64,000 nt of DNA, taken from Lingula anatina (taxonomy: Eukaryota; Animalia; Brachiopoda). The notes below the pieces were generated by a model. The model saw only the letters and a list, made by a program, of their open reading frames with translations. It searched no databases and was not told the origin of the DNA. Location: assembly GCA_051362555.1 (NCBI GenBank), contig CM120641.1:36834401-36898400 (forward strand), given 5' to 3'. Made by a program: the position numbers and the translations under genes. Positions 26,270 through 37,775 of this stretch are shown here, piece by piece (position 1 is the first letter of the stretch; every line of letters begins with the position of its first letter).

Positions 26270-28215
26270 TTAGGGCTTCTCAATGGTAACAATATATGGA
26301 TCTGCTTCTTTTATACATTTTTCATCGAAATTGGATCCAACAGTCCACAATGTCTCCAAATCATAATATTCTCTGGCTTCATCACTCATAATATGCAAGA
26401 CAATGTTTCCTAAAAACAACAATAAATAAACAAATAAATAAATAAATAAATAAATAAAAATAATAGTAATAATAAAAGTCTTCCACCAAGTGTCAGACAA
26501 AGTCTTTGCGCTATTTACTACATCAGCTATGACATGCTAATGTAGATATAATAAGACAATTACAAGTGAACTTCTACCAAAAATTTATTTATTTATTCAG
26601 AAGCCAGTATCAACAGATAAAGATCAGCAAGAAATGTGGAATCTTACCCATATCCAATGCAACCCAGGACTTGGAGTTTTTTCCAGCCATCATAACATGT
26701 TGATCTTTCGGGCTCCTTTTTCTTTTATACTGAAAAGTTAACATAAATTCTTATAGTTGATTTTTTTTTCTTAAATCTGTTTTGTATGCATGTGCTTATG
26801 AAGTCACTTTGATAACTCAGAATTATCACAATCTTGCATATTGTGTCTGAGCAATATAAGATACTTTAAGCTGTAAGTTCTTATTTCAGTCAGATGTCAT
26901 CTGCCAAAAATTATCAACCCTAACCACTCAGAAGGTAACATTTTAAAATTCTACATGCATATCAGACTCTAAGATCAAAATTAATGTACAGTAGTACTTT
27001 ATTTTGCAATACACTGTATGCTTACAACCAGTTTCACCCACAGTTCTACACTGTATACTTACAACCCACTTTACCCAGTGTTCTACACTGTATACTTATA
27101 TCCTGTATAACCCATGAAATCATACACTGTATATTTATGACCTAATTAACCCACAGAACTCTACACTGTATACTTACAACACCTTTAAGCCACTGAGTTC
27201 TACACTGTATACTAATAATCCATTTAACCCAAAGAGTTCTACACTGCATACTTACGACCCATATCACCCACTCAGCCATTGCCCTGATATGTCTTGCAGA
27301 AGAACCACTCACAATGACCATGTAGTCCACATAGTGGCATTCAGCTGGAACCTTTATCACACAGATATCATGAGCATTTTCGGAACGGAGAACTACAACA
27401 AGATCTTCTATATCATATACTCCAGTTTCACCCCCTGCAATGCAAAATTTAAAAAATAGAAGAAACATGTCTTTATTTTTGCATTTAAAAATATTGTGCA
27501 AAGGTAATTCTCTTTCCAATATACCACAAAACTAGTGGCCTTCTGCATAGGTTGATATTTCTTCACTTTTTGTATTAAATATTTTTGATTTTCCATAAAA
27601 TTCAGATAATAAATTATTTTGTTATATCTTAATTATTATGTTATATCTTAAATGAAAAAAAGAGCTTTCAACGGAGAGCAAAATATTTGCAAACAGCTCA
27701 GTAAAAATATATGTACTTTTTAATGGCACTGGAGAATGTTTCTCATAAACTCTCTCATATTCTACTTCAGCATCTTCATATAGCTCATCTTCGTCTTCAC
27801 TTGAATTGTCTGTGGTGTCATTGCAATTCTCCTCTTCTACATCTTTATCAAGACCATTTACGCTACTTGCTTTGTCATGGGCATCAATATTAGTCTCTGT
27901 ACAGCCATCGTCTTTTAATGGACTATTAAATTGTTCTTCACTTATGTTACTATGATCAAAATCTCCCATAATTTCCTTCATCAGGTCCTTTACCTCAGGG
28001 TCATTCTTTGGGTCATAAGTTCCATTTGAATGTTCTGAGCGTCTTGTGAAGTGTCTCTGTGCCATACTGTTTATAAGTGGCAAATTGCGGCTGCAAGTTT
28101 TGAGGTTTGAGTCAAACGTCCTGTGCATTAACTGACTATGAAAGCGAATGCATTCTGGGATATAACTATTACTAACGTATAAAATTACCCTCCTATAAAG
28201 TCTTGCGGTCTGCAT
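26270..28215 (-). CDS. MALSU1: Mitochondrial assembly of ribosomal large subunit protein 1 (RsfS/Iojap family); exons 28215-27717, 27434-27256, 26729-26648, 26409-26270
   Basis: Arg/Ser-rich presequence-like N-terminus and acidic linker, then RGETGVYDIEDLVVVLRSENAHDICVIKVP..YVDYMVIVSGSSARHI, WVALDMGNIVLHIM..AREYYDLETLWTVG. GT-AG introns with compatible phases. Confidence 0.93.
27010..27255 (-). repeat. 37-39 bp minisatellite (~6.5 units) containing the MALSU1 intron 5' splice site
   Basis: Minus-strand units resemble GTAAGTATACAGTGTAGAACTCTGTGGGTTAAATGGGTT and start at 27255, 27216, 27177, 27138, 27099, 27062 and 27025. Confidence 0.85.
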
Positions 28216-28866
28216 TGTACCTTCTCTGTTCTGTAAAAGAATATTAACAACTGTGACTATCCAACAAAAACATAAAAATTACTGGACTACAGCGTACAAT
28301 TTCAACATGGTTCAAAAGTACCTTTTACTGATTGTCGTAAGACCAAGGTGAGCAAGGTCAAAAATAGTCATATAAAAAGAGACCAACATTTATCATCTAA
28401 ATTAAAATAATAACTTTGTATTAGCTTTTCAGTTTTGATTATCTCTGTAACATTCTGCTCTTTGTAATAAAATATTGTTTTATAGAATGAATGAAAGTGG
28501 GTACTTTAGCGTTGCTGAACAGGAAAAAGCTAGCAGACGGTCTGTACGTCTGTGGATTTTCACCACTCGTTCAATTGAAACGTAAGCGAATCTTATTTCA
28601 TTGATGTATTTAAATAGCGGTAGATGTAGGTAGAGCTTGTACTGTTAAAGGAAAGCAATAAATTACCTGTATTCTGTATTGGCTTTTACAAATTTGGACT
28701 TTGAACTAAGTATAACGATCCATACCTTGTCTTTCATAGATTTTAAAACATAAATAACAGAAATTGTCTGTTGAAGAGTGTTTTTGTAATTAGGGCAATA
28801 CCAGGAGCCAAGACTCGGCGGTAAGACTACCCGAACGAACTGCAATAGTTGGACAGGATGACGGCC
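28216..28866. promoter_or_regulatory. Probable bidirectional promoter / 5' UTR region between MALSU1 and TMEM41A
   Basis: Divergent ATGs ~650 bp apart and locally more CpG. A minus-strand acceptor near 28232 and a donor near 28667 suggest a non-coding MALSU1 first exon. Confidence 0.55.
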
Positions 28867-31082
<2,216 letters not shown>

Positions 31083-31179
31083 CAACATGTAATTTAATGG
31101 ATCTCTTGGTTCATAATTTTTTGGGTGTACATTTATTAGAGGTGTTTCCTATTTTTGAAGTCATTCACCTTATTCCCTA

Positions 31180-31259
31180 TACCACCCTGGGAAACAAAGG
31201 CCAGCTGCAGGCACCTTCCCTGTGTGTGCTTTTAAATACTCCTTATTCTAAGGGGGCAC
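31180..31259 (-). repeat. 80-bp terminal direct repeat (3' copy of the retroelement)
   Basis: TACCACCCTGGGAAACAAAGG...CCTTATTCTAAGGGGGCAC, identical to 35563-35642. Confidence 0.95.
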
Positions 31260-31588
31260 TTAAAAACACACACAGAGTCGGGCAAAATGACCTTTATTTC
31301 TCAGAATCTAGAACACTATAAATAAGTAGAACAGACAAACTAAATATTAATTGATTGGATCATAATTAAATTAAACCATTTCTGCAACAGGTAATGAAAA
31401 GTCCCAACCCAAGGTAGGGATTATTGTGATGAAAGTCTAGTTAAAATAAGCATTTTAGTTCATTGCACAGTGGAGCAATCACAATCACTGCATTTGCACT
31501 TAATTAAATTGCACATGACACAGTACACGTCCACACTTGAGCATGCATTTGGCAACCTAAAAAAAGTGTGTGTGGACACACAAAAACC

Positions 31589-32562
31589 TTATAGTTTCTG
31601 CACTGCTGATGTAACAACATCTAGCTTCATAGCTGTAGACGGTTTGATATATTCGTAGACGGCATCGCTTTTCCAATCCCCCATGGCTTTTACCATGGCA
31701 AGGGGTGTACCTACGGACATCAGCCAAGTTGCTCCCCCTCTGCGAAGGCTGTGGGTGTTGTAGGTGGCTGAGGAGAGTCCAATATCTTTCAAGGCCTGGG
31801 TGAGACGACGACGGAACAGAGATTGCGTTAGCACAGATAAATTTCCTTTCTCATCTGTGTAGGAGAAGAGGGGTGTGTCAGGAGCTGCAAGCTGGGCACC
31901 CAGGAATTTTAACAATGTTGTGATGGGACAGAGGGCAGAATCTGCTATGTAAGGCAGCACAACTGTATGTGGCGGGTGTCCATACTGATTTGTCTTTGAC
32001 TTGGCTATCCTAAGTATGCCCCCTTTCCCCATCACAGAAAAATCTTTCCGACACAAAGAATGTCCTGGTTCAGACTGGGATTTCACTGTCACGTTGCTTA
32101 CTCGAAGAAGTCCAAAGAAAGCACAAAGGCAAGCGGCCCATTGTTGTAGGTCCTGCAAGTTGCTGAGGTTGAATGTGCCATGGAGTTTATAAAGGTGCTC
32201 TGGAAGAAGCGGCAGTTTTTGGTTTCCTTGATCTCCCTTGTGTCGTCTTATTCCCCCTAGGATGGTCTTGAGCTCCCATGATGTAAGAGGGTTGCCTAGG
32301 CCAAACTCCATGTGCAGTATCCTGATGATGTTTAGGTATTGACGGACTGTCGAGACAGCACAAGAGCGTGCCAGAAAGGCAGCATAGCGGCACACGTTCT
32401 TACTTGACACTGGGAGGGGTGCACAGTTAATGGCATTGCAGAAGTTAATATATGAATTAAGGTGTGTTCTGTAAGTCACTTTTGTGGATGTAGCGAATAG
32501 CTGAGACTTCCAAAAGGCAACTTCTTGGTCTAGTTCTCTACATAGCTTTGTGGCAGTATTCC
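31589..32562 (-). CDS. Tyrosine recombinase of the retroelement (no in-frame ATG upstream of the conserved domain; start placed at the predicted splice acceptor)
   Basis: Catalytic set visible: FFGLLRVSN (R), AKSKT (K), HSLRRGGAT (HxxR), GDWKS (W), AVYEY (Y). The frame is open upstream of 32479 and overlaps the end of pol. Confidence 0.9.
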
Positions 32563-34185
32563 CTGTGAATACAGAAACATAAGTGAATGAGCAGTCATGT
32601 AGTGATTAAGGTAGTATGCAGGTGGTAATATATTTAGGCATGAGTACCACAGATTTATCAGGTCAGTAAATTGGAAGGCTTTTCCTGGCTCATGTAAACG
32701 CGAGATTGTATCAGCAAGGACATTGTCCGTCCCCGTTATGTGAGACGCTTCCAACGCAAAGTTACAATGCAGAGCCAGGCTCGATAGCTCTTTTAAAAGA
32801 TTATTACACATGACGTTGGGCGAGGCCCCTTTGTTTATTATGTCCATTGCCACTTTGCTATCTGTATGAATAACAACACGCTTGTTCTTCCATGTGACTC
32901 CCCATCTATGCGCTGCCAGGACTACAGCTGCGAGTTCCTGGACGTTAATATGCTGAATGCTCAGAACTGGGCTGTCTGAAAGCCAGTTGGTATAGAACCA
33001 ATCCCCGTAGTGGAAAGCTCCCCCTGCGGTGCTACTGGAGTCTGTGTAAACATGTACTTGCTCGCGCGTGTCCCATATCAGACGCGTATTGTTTCCCATT
33101 CGTAACCATGCAAGCCACCAGTCTATTTCATTGTGAATGTCCTTCACTCGGCATTTGTGCAATGGTTGCTTAAGTTCTCCAATCTTATTAAAAATTGGAC
33201 GTAGGTGGGTCTTACCCCACGGAATCACATTTGCTGCCCACGACAGTCTGCCCGCTAATGATTCCAGCTGCCTTCTGGTGGCACGTGTACGGCGGCTGAA
33301 AGAACTTAATATCTGGCAAAGTTCCTCTACTTTTTCCTTCTCAAGCGAAAGTGTACCTTGGGTTGTATCAATTACTGTACCCAGAAAGGTCAGTCTGGTA
33401 GTAGGGTCAACAGCCTTTTTCCAATTAATTCTGAAGCCCAGCTGCCGGAGAAGGGCGATGAGCTCATTGTACGTAGTAAAACACTCTTCACGTGTCTTGC
33501 CCACCACTAAAAAGTCATCCAGATACACCACCAGTTTGTGTCCCCGCTTTTCCATTATCCTTTTCACAGCCTGGGTGATGCGATGGAAAATCATAGGTGA
33601 TTTCCTGGCTCCAAACGGGAGTCTAGTGTCTGCTAACACCTGTTCTGAAGGTGACCCTTCAAAATGCCACTGAAGGCCTGTGAGGCAGTACTGCGAAGGA
33701 TGGAGTGGCACTGAGCGATAGGCAGAATGGAGATCAATTTTTGCGAGGAAATAGCCTGGCTTGATAAGAGATAGCGCATTTTCTAGTTTCTCACACTGGA
33801 AAGGTAGCTTCGAAGCATAGTCATTTACCGCATTTCCTGTTGGCCGACTGTAATCATGGATTACGCGCACTCCTCCATCTGGCTTAGGTACAGCTGATAA
33901 TGCACTGATGACTCTGGGAGACATGTGTGGCTTAATCAAATGTCCCTCACGTAGTTCAGAGAGGAGTTGTTCCTCAACTTTGGACTTAAAGTCTGGGTGC
34001 AGTGCTGATTTGCTGTTTTTGGTTTTTGCTGGTGCTATGTTAATTGCCTTTATATCGTCTACGATTTTAAAGCCTGTCTCTATGCCCCCTATTACGAAGT
34101 CATAATCATAATCCCCTCTCATAAGTTCTTTCCATGTCTTAATGTTATTGGTTAGTGGGGATACTGTGGGGGAATCCCCGGGCAT
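32530..34185 (-). CDS. Reverse transcriptase / RNase H (DIRS-type pol), 551 aa
   Basis: RT motifs: KPDGGVRVIHDYS, KIDLHSAYR, LPFGARKSP, YLDD, FLG. RNase H motifs: VYTDSS, HINVQELAAV, IHTDS, NVLADTISR. Confidence 0.95.
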   Translation of the reverse strand: MPGDSPTVSPLTNNIKTWKELMRGDYDYDFVIGGIETGFKIVDDIKAINIAPAKTKNSKSALHPDFKSKVEEQLLSELREGHLIKPHMSPRVISALSAVPKPDGGVRVIHDYSRPTGNAVNDYASKLPFQCEKLENALSLIKPGYFLAKIDLHSAYRSVPLHPSQYCLTGLQWHFEGSPSEQVLADTRLPFGARKSPMIFHRITQAVKRIMEKRGHKLVVYLDDFLVVGKTREECFTTYNELIALLRQLGFRINWKKAVDPTTRLTFLGTVIDTTQGTLSLEKEKVEELCQILSSFSRRTRATRRQLESLAGRLSWAANVIPWGKTHLRPIFNKIGELKQPLHKCRVKDIHNEIDWWLAWLRMGNNTRLIWDTREQVHVYTDSSSTAGGAFHYGDWFYTNWLSDSPVLSIQHINVQELAAVVLAAHRWGVTWKNKRVVIHTDSKVAMDIINKGASPNVMCNNLLKELSSLALHCNFALEASHITGTDNVLADTISRLHEPGKAFQFTDLINLWYSCLNILPPAYYLNHYMTAHSLMFLYSQGILPQSYVEN

Positions 34186-34188
34186 CTG

Positions 34189-35301
34189 TCAGTAGTCCTT
34201 ACGCTGCTGTAAGCCTGGCTGCTGTTGTGATTGCTTATGAGTAAAGTCTCCATGCCCCGATGTCAGACAGGTGCTACAGATGTGGGAAAATTTACAGTTC
34301 CTAATATTGCAGCCCAGCCGTCCATTAAACTTGAGGCAAACTGGGCGGCCTGTAGATGGGTCCGTTTTACTTTGCCTTTGTTGTCTTTGGGGGCGAGTTG
34401 GTTGGTCGACTTTAACTGGTGTCAACAGTAATTGCATCAGAAAAACACTGTCAGTGCCCCACTGAAACCCTTGTGTAGCCTGGGCTTTCCTGTATTCCAT
34501 ATCATAACGTAGCACTGACTGCCATTCGAAAGTTTGTGCCATGCAAGTGATCTTTGTGATGTAGCTGACGTAACTCACTACAGTAGACAAGTCTATGCCC
34601 TCTTTCACTATCATTTCAGTGAGGATCTTCATGCTGGCCTCAGTGTACTGCATGGGAGTTATGCTCTCTAAGGGGGGGCGTCTGTCGCTGAGGGACACAT
34701 TGAAGTCGCCAATCCTCACGGTCGCGCTGTCACTTTTGCCGGTGTTGTACTGCTGTTTAAACATAACAAAGTCCCGGACGTCATAATGGCGTTTTGCGGG
34801 GTTAGAAGCACCCAGGGAATCGAATGGGTCAAAGGTGCTCTTACCTTGAGGAGGCGCTGATTCCTTGAGAACTCCCTCGGTCGTCTTGGTTCCCAAAAGT
34901 TGACATAATTTTGTGTAGTCTAACTCTCCCTCGATTGCAGTGGGCGCCGCCATGTTCGTGACGTCACATCCTGTCTCTGAGGAGGATGGCGGCTGTGCTT
35001 CCGGTTCTCTGCTGCTGCCTGCCCTGGCTCCGTCCGTCTCGCATGGAGGGGCCACTGCGGCGTCGGCGACAGGCCCTGCTGCGGTTGGATTCTTGCTAAC
35101 ATCTGTATTTAGTGACGAAACTGCTTCCTGCAATAGCAGCAGCTGCCCCAGCGGTAGCGTCTTGCCGAAAGTTTTGTGGATCAACGTGTCCGTCAGCATT
35201 TTGCAGGATCTCGTTGAAGTGAAACCTGCTTCGCTCAGAATGGTCATTGTCTGGTCACTGAGTTCATACTCGTTTCTCCATGCCTGGAACTCTTCGCCCA
35301 T
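34189..35301 (-). CDS. Gag-like ORF1 of the retroelement, 370 aa
   Basis: First ORF of the element with a good Kozak context (CGGCACCATGG). Has a WQSVLRYDMEYR motif and a C-terminal Cys/His cluster CLKFN..C....CKFSHICSTC....H, typical of DIRS-order ORF1. Confidence 0.85.
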   Translation of the reverse strand: MGEEFQAWRNEYELSDQTMTILSEAGFTSTRSCKMLTDTLIHKTFGKTLPLGQLLLLQEAVSSLNTDVSKNPTAAGPVADAAVAPPCETDGARAGSSREPEAQPPSSSETGCDVTNMAAPTAIEGELDYTKLCQLLGTKTTEGVLKESAPPQGKSTFDPFDSLGASNPAKRHYDVRDFVMFKQQYNTGKSDSATVRIGDFNVSLSDRRPPLESITPMQYTEASMKILTEMIVKEGIDLSTVVSYVSYITKITCMAQTFEWQSVLRYDMEYRKAQATQGFQWGTDSVFLMQLLLTPVKVDQPTRPQRQQRQSKTDPSTGRPVCLKFNGRLGCNIRNCKFSHICSTCLTSGHGDFTHKQSQQQPGLQQRKDY

Positions 35302-35562
35302 GGTGCCGCCGTAGTAGATGTAGTAAAACGAATATTTATCGAGAGCAAAATAGAATAGGCTTAAACTGCAAGGTCGGTGTGCTAACGCTAAGAATTATGC
35401 ATGTTTCAGCTGGCGGCGCTAAACAAAGACTGCCCCAGGAGTGAAAAATTAATAGGGCCTACAAAGTTAAGCTGAATGACCATTGGCCACGCTACCGGAT
35501 GTTTTTCACGTGGCCTAGTTACTTAGAGCTGATAGGACTAAATTGTTTTTCACATGACTAGT

Positions 35563-35642
35563 TACCACCCTGGGAAACAAAGGCCAGCTGCAGGCACCTT
35601 CCCTGTGTGTGCTTTTAAATACTCCTTATTCTAAGGGGGCAC
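35563..35642 (-). repeat. 80-bp terminal direct repeat (5' copy of the retroelement)
   Basis: Identical to 31180-31259. Confidence 0.95.
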
Positions 35643-35977
35643 GATATGAACGCTAGATTTGTTTTAAAAATAAAGTAAAACAGTTAAAGCAGTGCTAGGG
35701 AAATTAGTTACAGAGCTTAAATTTATTGTGTTTAAGTAGACATGCCTGGAACTTTTATGTACTCTTATCTAAAGGGCACTTTCACACCTTTTTTAATTGA
35801 TCATAAATTATCCCAAAGAAGATATGTTACCTGTTACTTTGCAGATCAAAGTTATATATAAAAATTCCCTCTAGTCACCCTTCTTGTAAAATTAACAGTT
35901 TTGATGTTTGCAATACCTTTAGCTCTGTTTAGTACAGAGATCTGTTTGAAGTTATTCAGATCAGTCTAGTCCAGTAG

Positions 35978-36135
35978 GGGGCCGTAGCGATAGTCCGAAG
36001 GTTCATTGGTCCGAATGTTCACTATAGAACCTTCGGACCAATGAACCCTTGATTAAAAGATCGATAAAAATGTTACCACTTTTCGGACCAATGAACCTTC
36101 GGACCAATGAACCTTCGGACTATCGAGACGCCCCC
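35978..36135. mobile_element. MITE family C (158 bp, 8-bp TSD TCCAGTAG)
   Basis: GGGGCCGTAGCGATAGTCCGAAGGTTCATTGGTCCGAA ... TTCGGACCAATGAACCTTCGGACTATCGAGACGCCCCC. TCCAGTAG at 35970-35977 and 36136-36143. Contains 16-bp subterminal repeats. Confidence 0.88.
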
Positions 36136-37670
36136 TCCAGTAGAATAGAGAATTGATTATAAGGTTTTGGCAGTTTGTGTATATAAAGGTTATTTTCTGT
36201 TAATTAATGTAAAACCACATTTCTAGTCACTAGAAAGCATTTTAATGACCCAGGACAGACACTTCAAGGTTGGCCTACTTAGAGCTGTACATTTGATATA
36301 TTATTCAATTTTCAACCAGGGTACCAGTATGTATCAAGCATAAGAATTCCAGCATTAACCTTCACTAAGTTATGTTGTTGTGTAGCTTGTAAACCAGCTG
36401 CAACAGGACGAGTAAATCACTTATTAGTTTTAAAGTTAATAGGAAGTCTCATTTTTTAGATCATATTGAACTTGATAACATCTGCAGAGAAATATAGGCC
36501 ACAGTGATGTATCATTAAATCTGTAATGTTTGTTCAAGTTGCATAGAAAAGGGTAAATAAATGAAGCAAAAAGTGAAGCAGTCTTAAAATCATTTATTCA
36601 TGATTTATGTTTAATATGGAGATCACAAACATTCTACATTGGCTAACATATGACATCAACTGAGGAGGAAACCATATGGCTTGGATTGACAGAGATCAGT
36701 TTTCTCTATAATTTTATTCCTAATTGGCACAATAACATGACTACTTTATCACCGAGACTTAATAAAATTTGTACTTGATAGAATTTATTTAAAACTGACA
36801 ATTTCACAATTTGGATGGCTTGAAGTTTCACAAATAACATTGCATGATTTCCTTTTTCTCCAAATTGTGTGTAAAAATCAATGTAAAATTTCTAATTCAT
36901 TAATGAAGATCGTGTTTTCAAATTCCCTAAAATAAAGTGAAAACTAAAAATTAATGAAAGATTTTGAAATCTTGTTACTAAACAAAATTCCATCTCTTGT
37001 CTCTTCCAGAAAAACGATGGAATGAATTCAGCAAATACCTGAGCAACTTAACATTGATTTAGTGTAAATAAAAATAAGGATGCCAGTTCAACTTTCTAAA
37101 TCTTCTATGAACACAAGCTTGATACTGTTGACCATTTATATATACAACAAGAATTATCACAAAAATAGATTTCTACCTATATCAGTGTAATTTACTGATT
37201 ATGTTTACAATGGTATTTGGAATGTACTACAATCCTCCAACATATATCCTTCCACAATTTCATCGTCACTGAAGAGCACACATTCATGCTTTGCATAATT
37301 CTCTTGCTACAACTGTAAAATCTGGACAGGCAACAAAATATCCAAACAACAAATCTTATAACATTATTATTCTTTTTAAATATCTTATCTGCAAATGCAG
37401 CATTTTATTATATACCAATTTACTCTATATACAAGTATATATGAAATCATTTGGTTTTGTCTTCTAAAGAAACCCATTCTGATACAAAAAATTGAGTATC
37501 ACCAGAAACTGCAGAAAAATCTGTTTCATATTCAACATTCCAATTGTCCAGTTCATCTAACAAATCTACACATATCTGAAATCTGGCTCAAAGCCCCAAC
37601 TGAAATGTATGCAACTGATATTGTGAATTGTATTTATGCAAGTTATTTACAAGACCGTTCATGTATTTAG

Positions 37671-37775
37671 AAAACATCTTCAAATGGCAAAAGGTATTTG
37701 GTTACCACATTTGTGAAAAAAACATCTTCAAATGGCAAAAGGTATTTGGTTACCGAATTTGTCATCAAACATCTT
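37671..37775. repeat. 48-bp tandem duplication (two units plus a partial) downstream of the MAP3K13 stop
   Basis: AAAACATCTTCAAATGGCAAAAGGTATTTGGTTACC repeated at 37671 and 37719. Confidence 0.85.

Larger units (their letters stand above)
31180..35642 (-). mobile_element. Tyrosine-recombinase retrotransposon (DIRS order, Ngaro/PAT-like), apparently intact
   Basis: Three long, uninterrupted ORFs in the order gag-like, RT/RNase H, tyrosine recombinase. Bounded by identical 80-bp direct repeats, no TSD, visibly more GC/CpG-rich than the host DNA. No protease, DDE integrase or methyltransferase domain seen. Confidence 0.93.

Noticed and set aside
31589-35301. RT plus recombinase as a prophage, retron or bacterial contamination
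   Set aside because: The gag zinc finger, DIRS-type RT/RNase H, splice signals and seamless embedding between spliced genes indicate a eukaryotic YR retrotransposon.
33137-35314. Plus-strand ORFs (178 aa, 124 aa and others) inside the retroelement
   Set aside because: They are antisense shadows of pol and gag, with no recognisable motifs.
35990-36125. Short regularly repeated units, as a possible CRISPR array (also 27010-27255 and 61490-61745)
   Set aside because: No unique spacers, no cas genes and a eukaryotic context. They are explained by MITE subterminal repeats, a minisatellite and a coding repeat.
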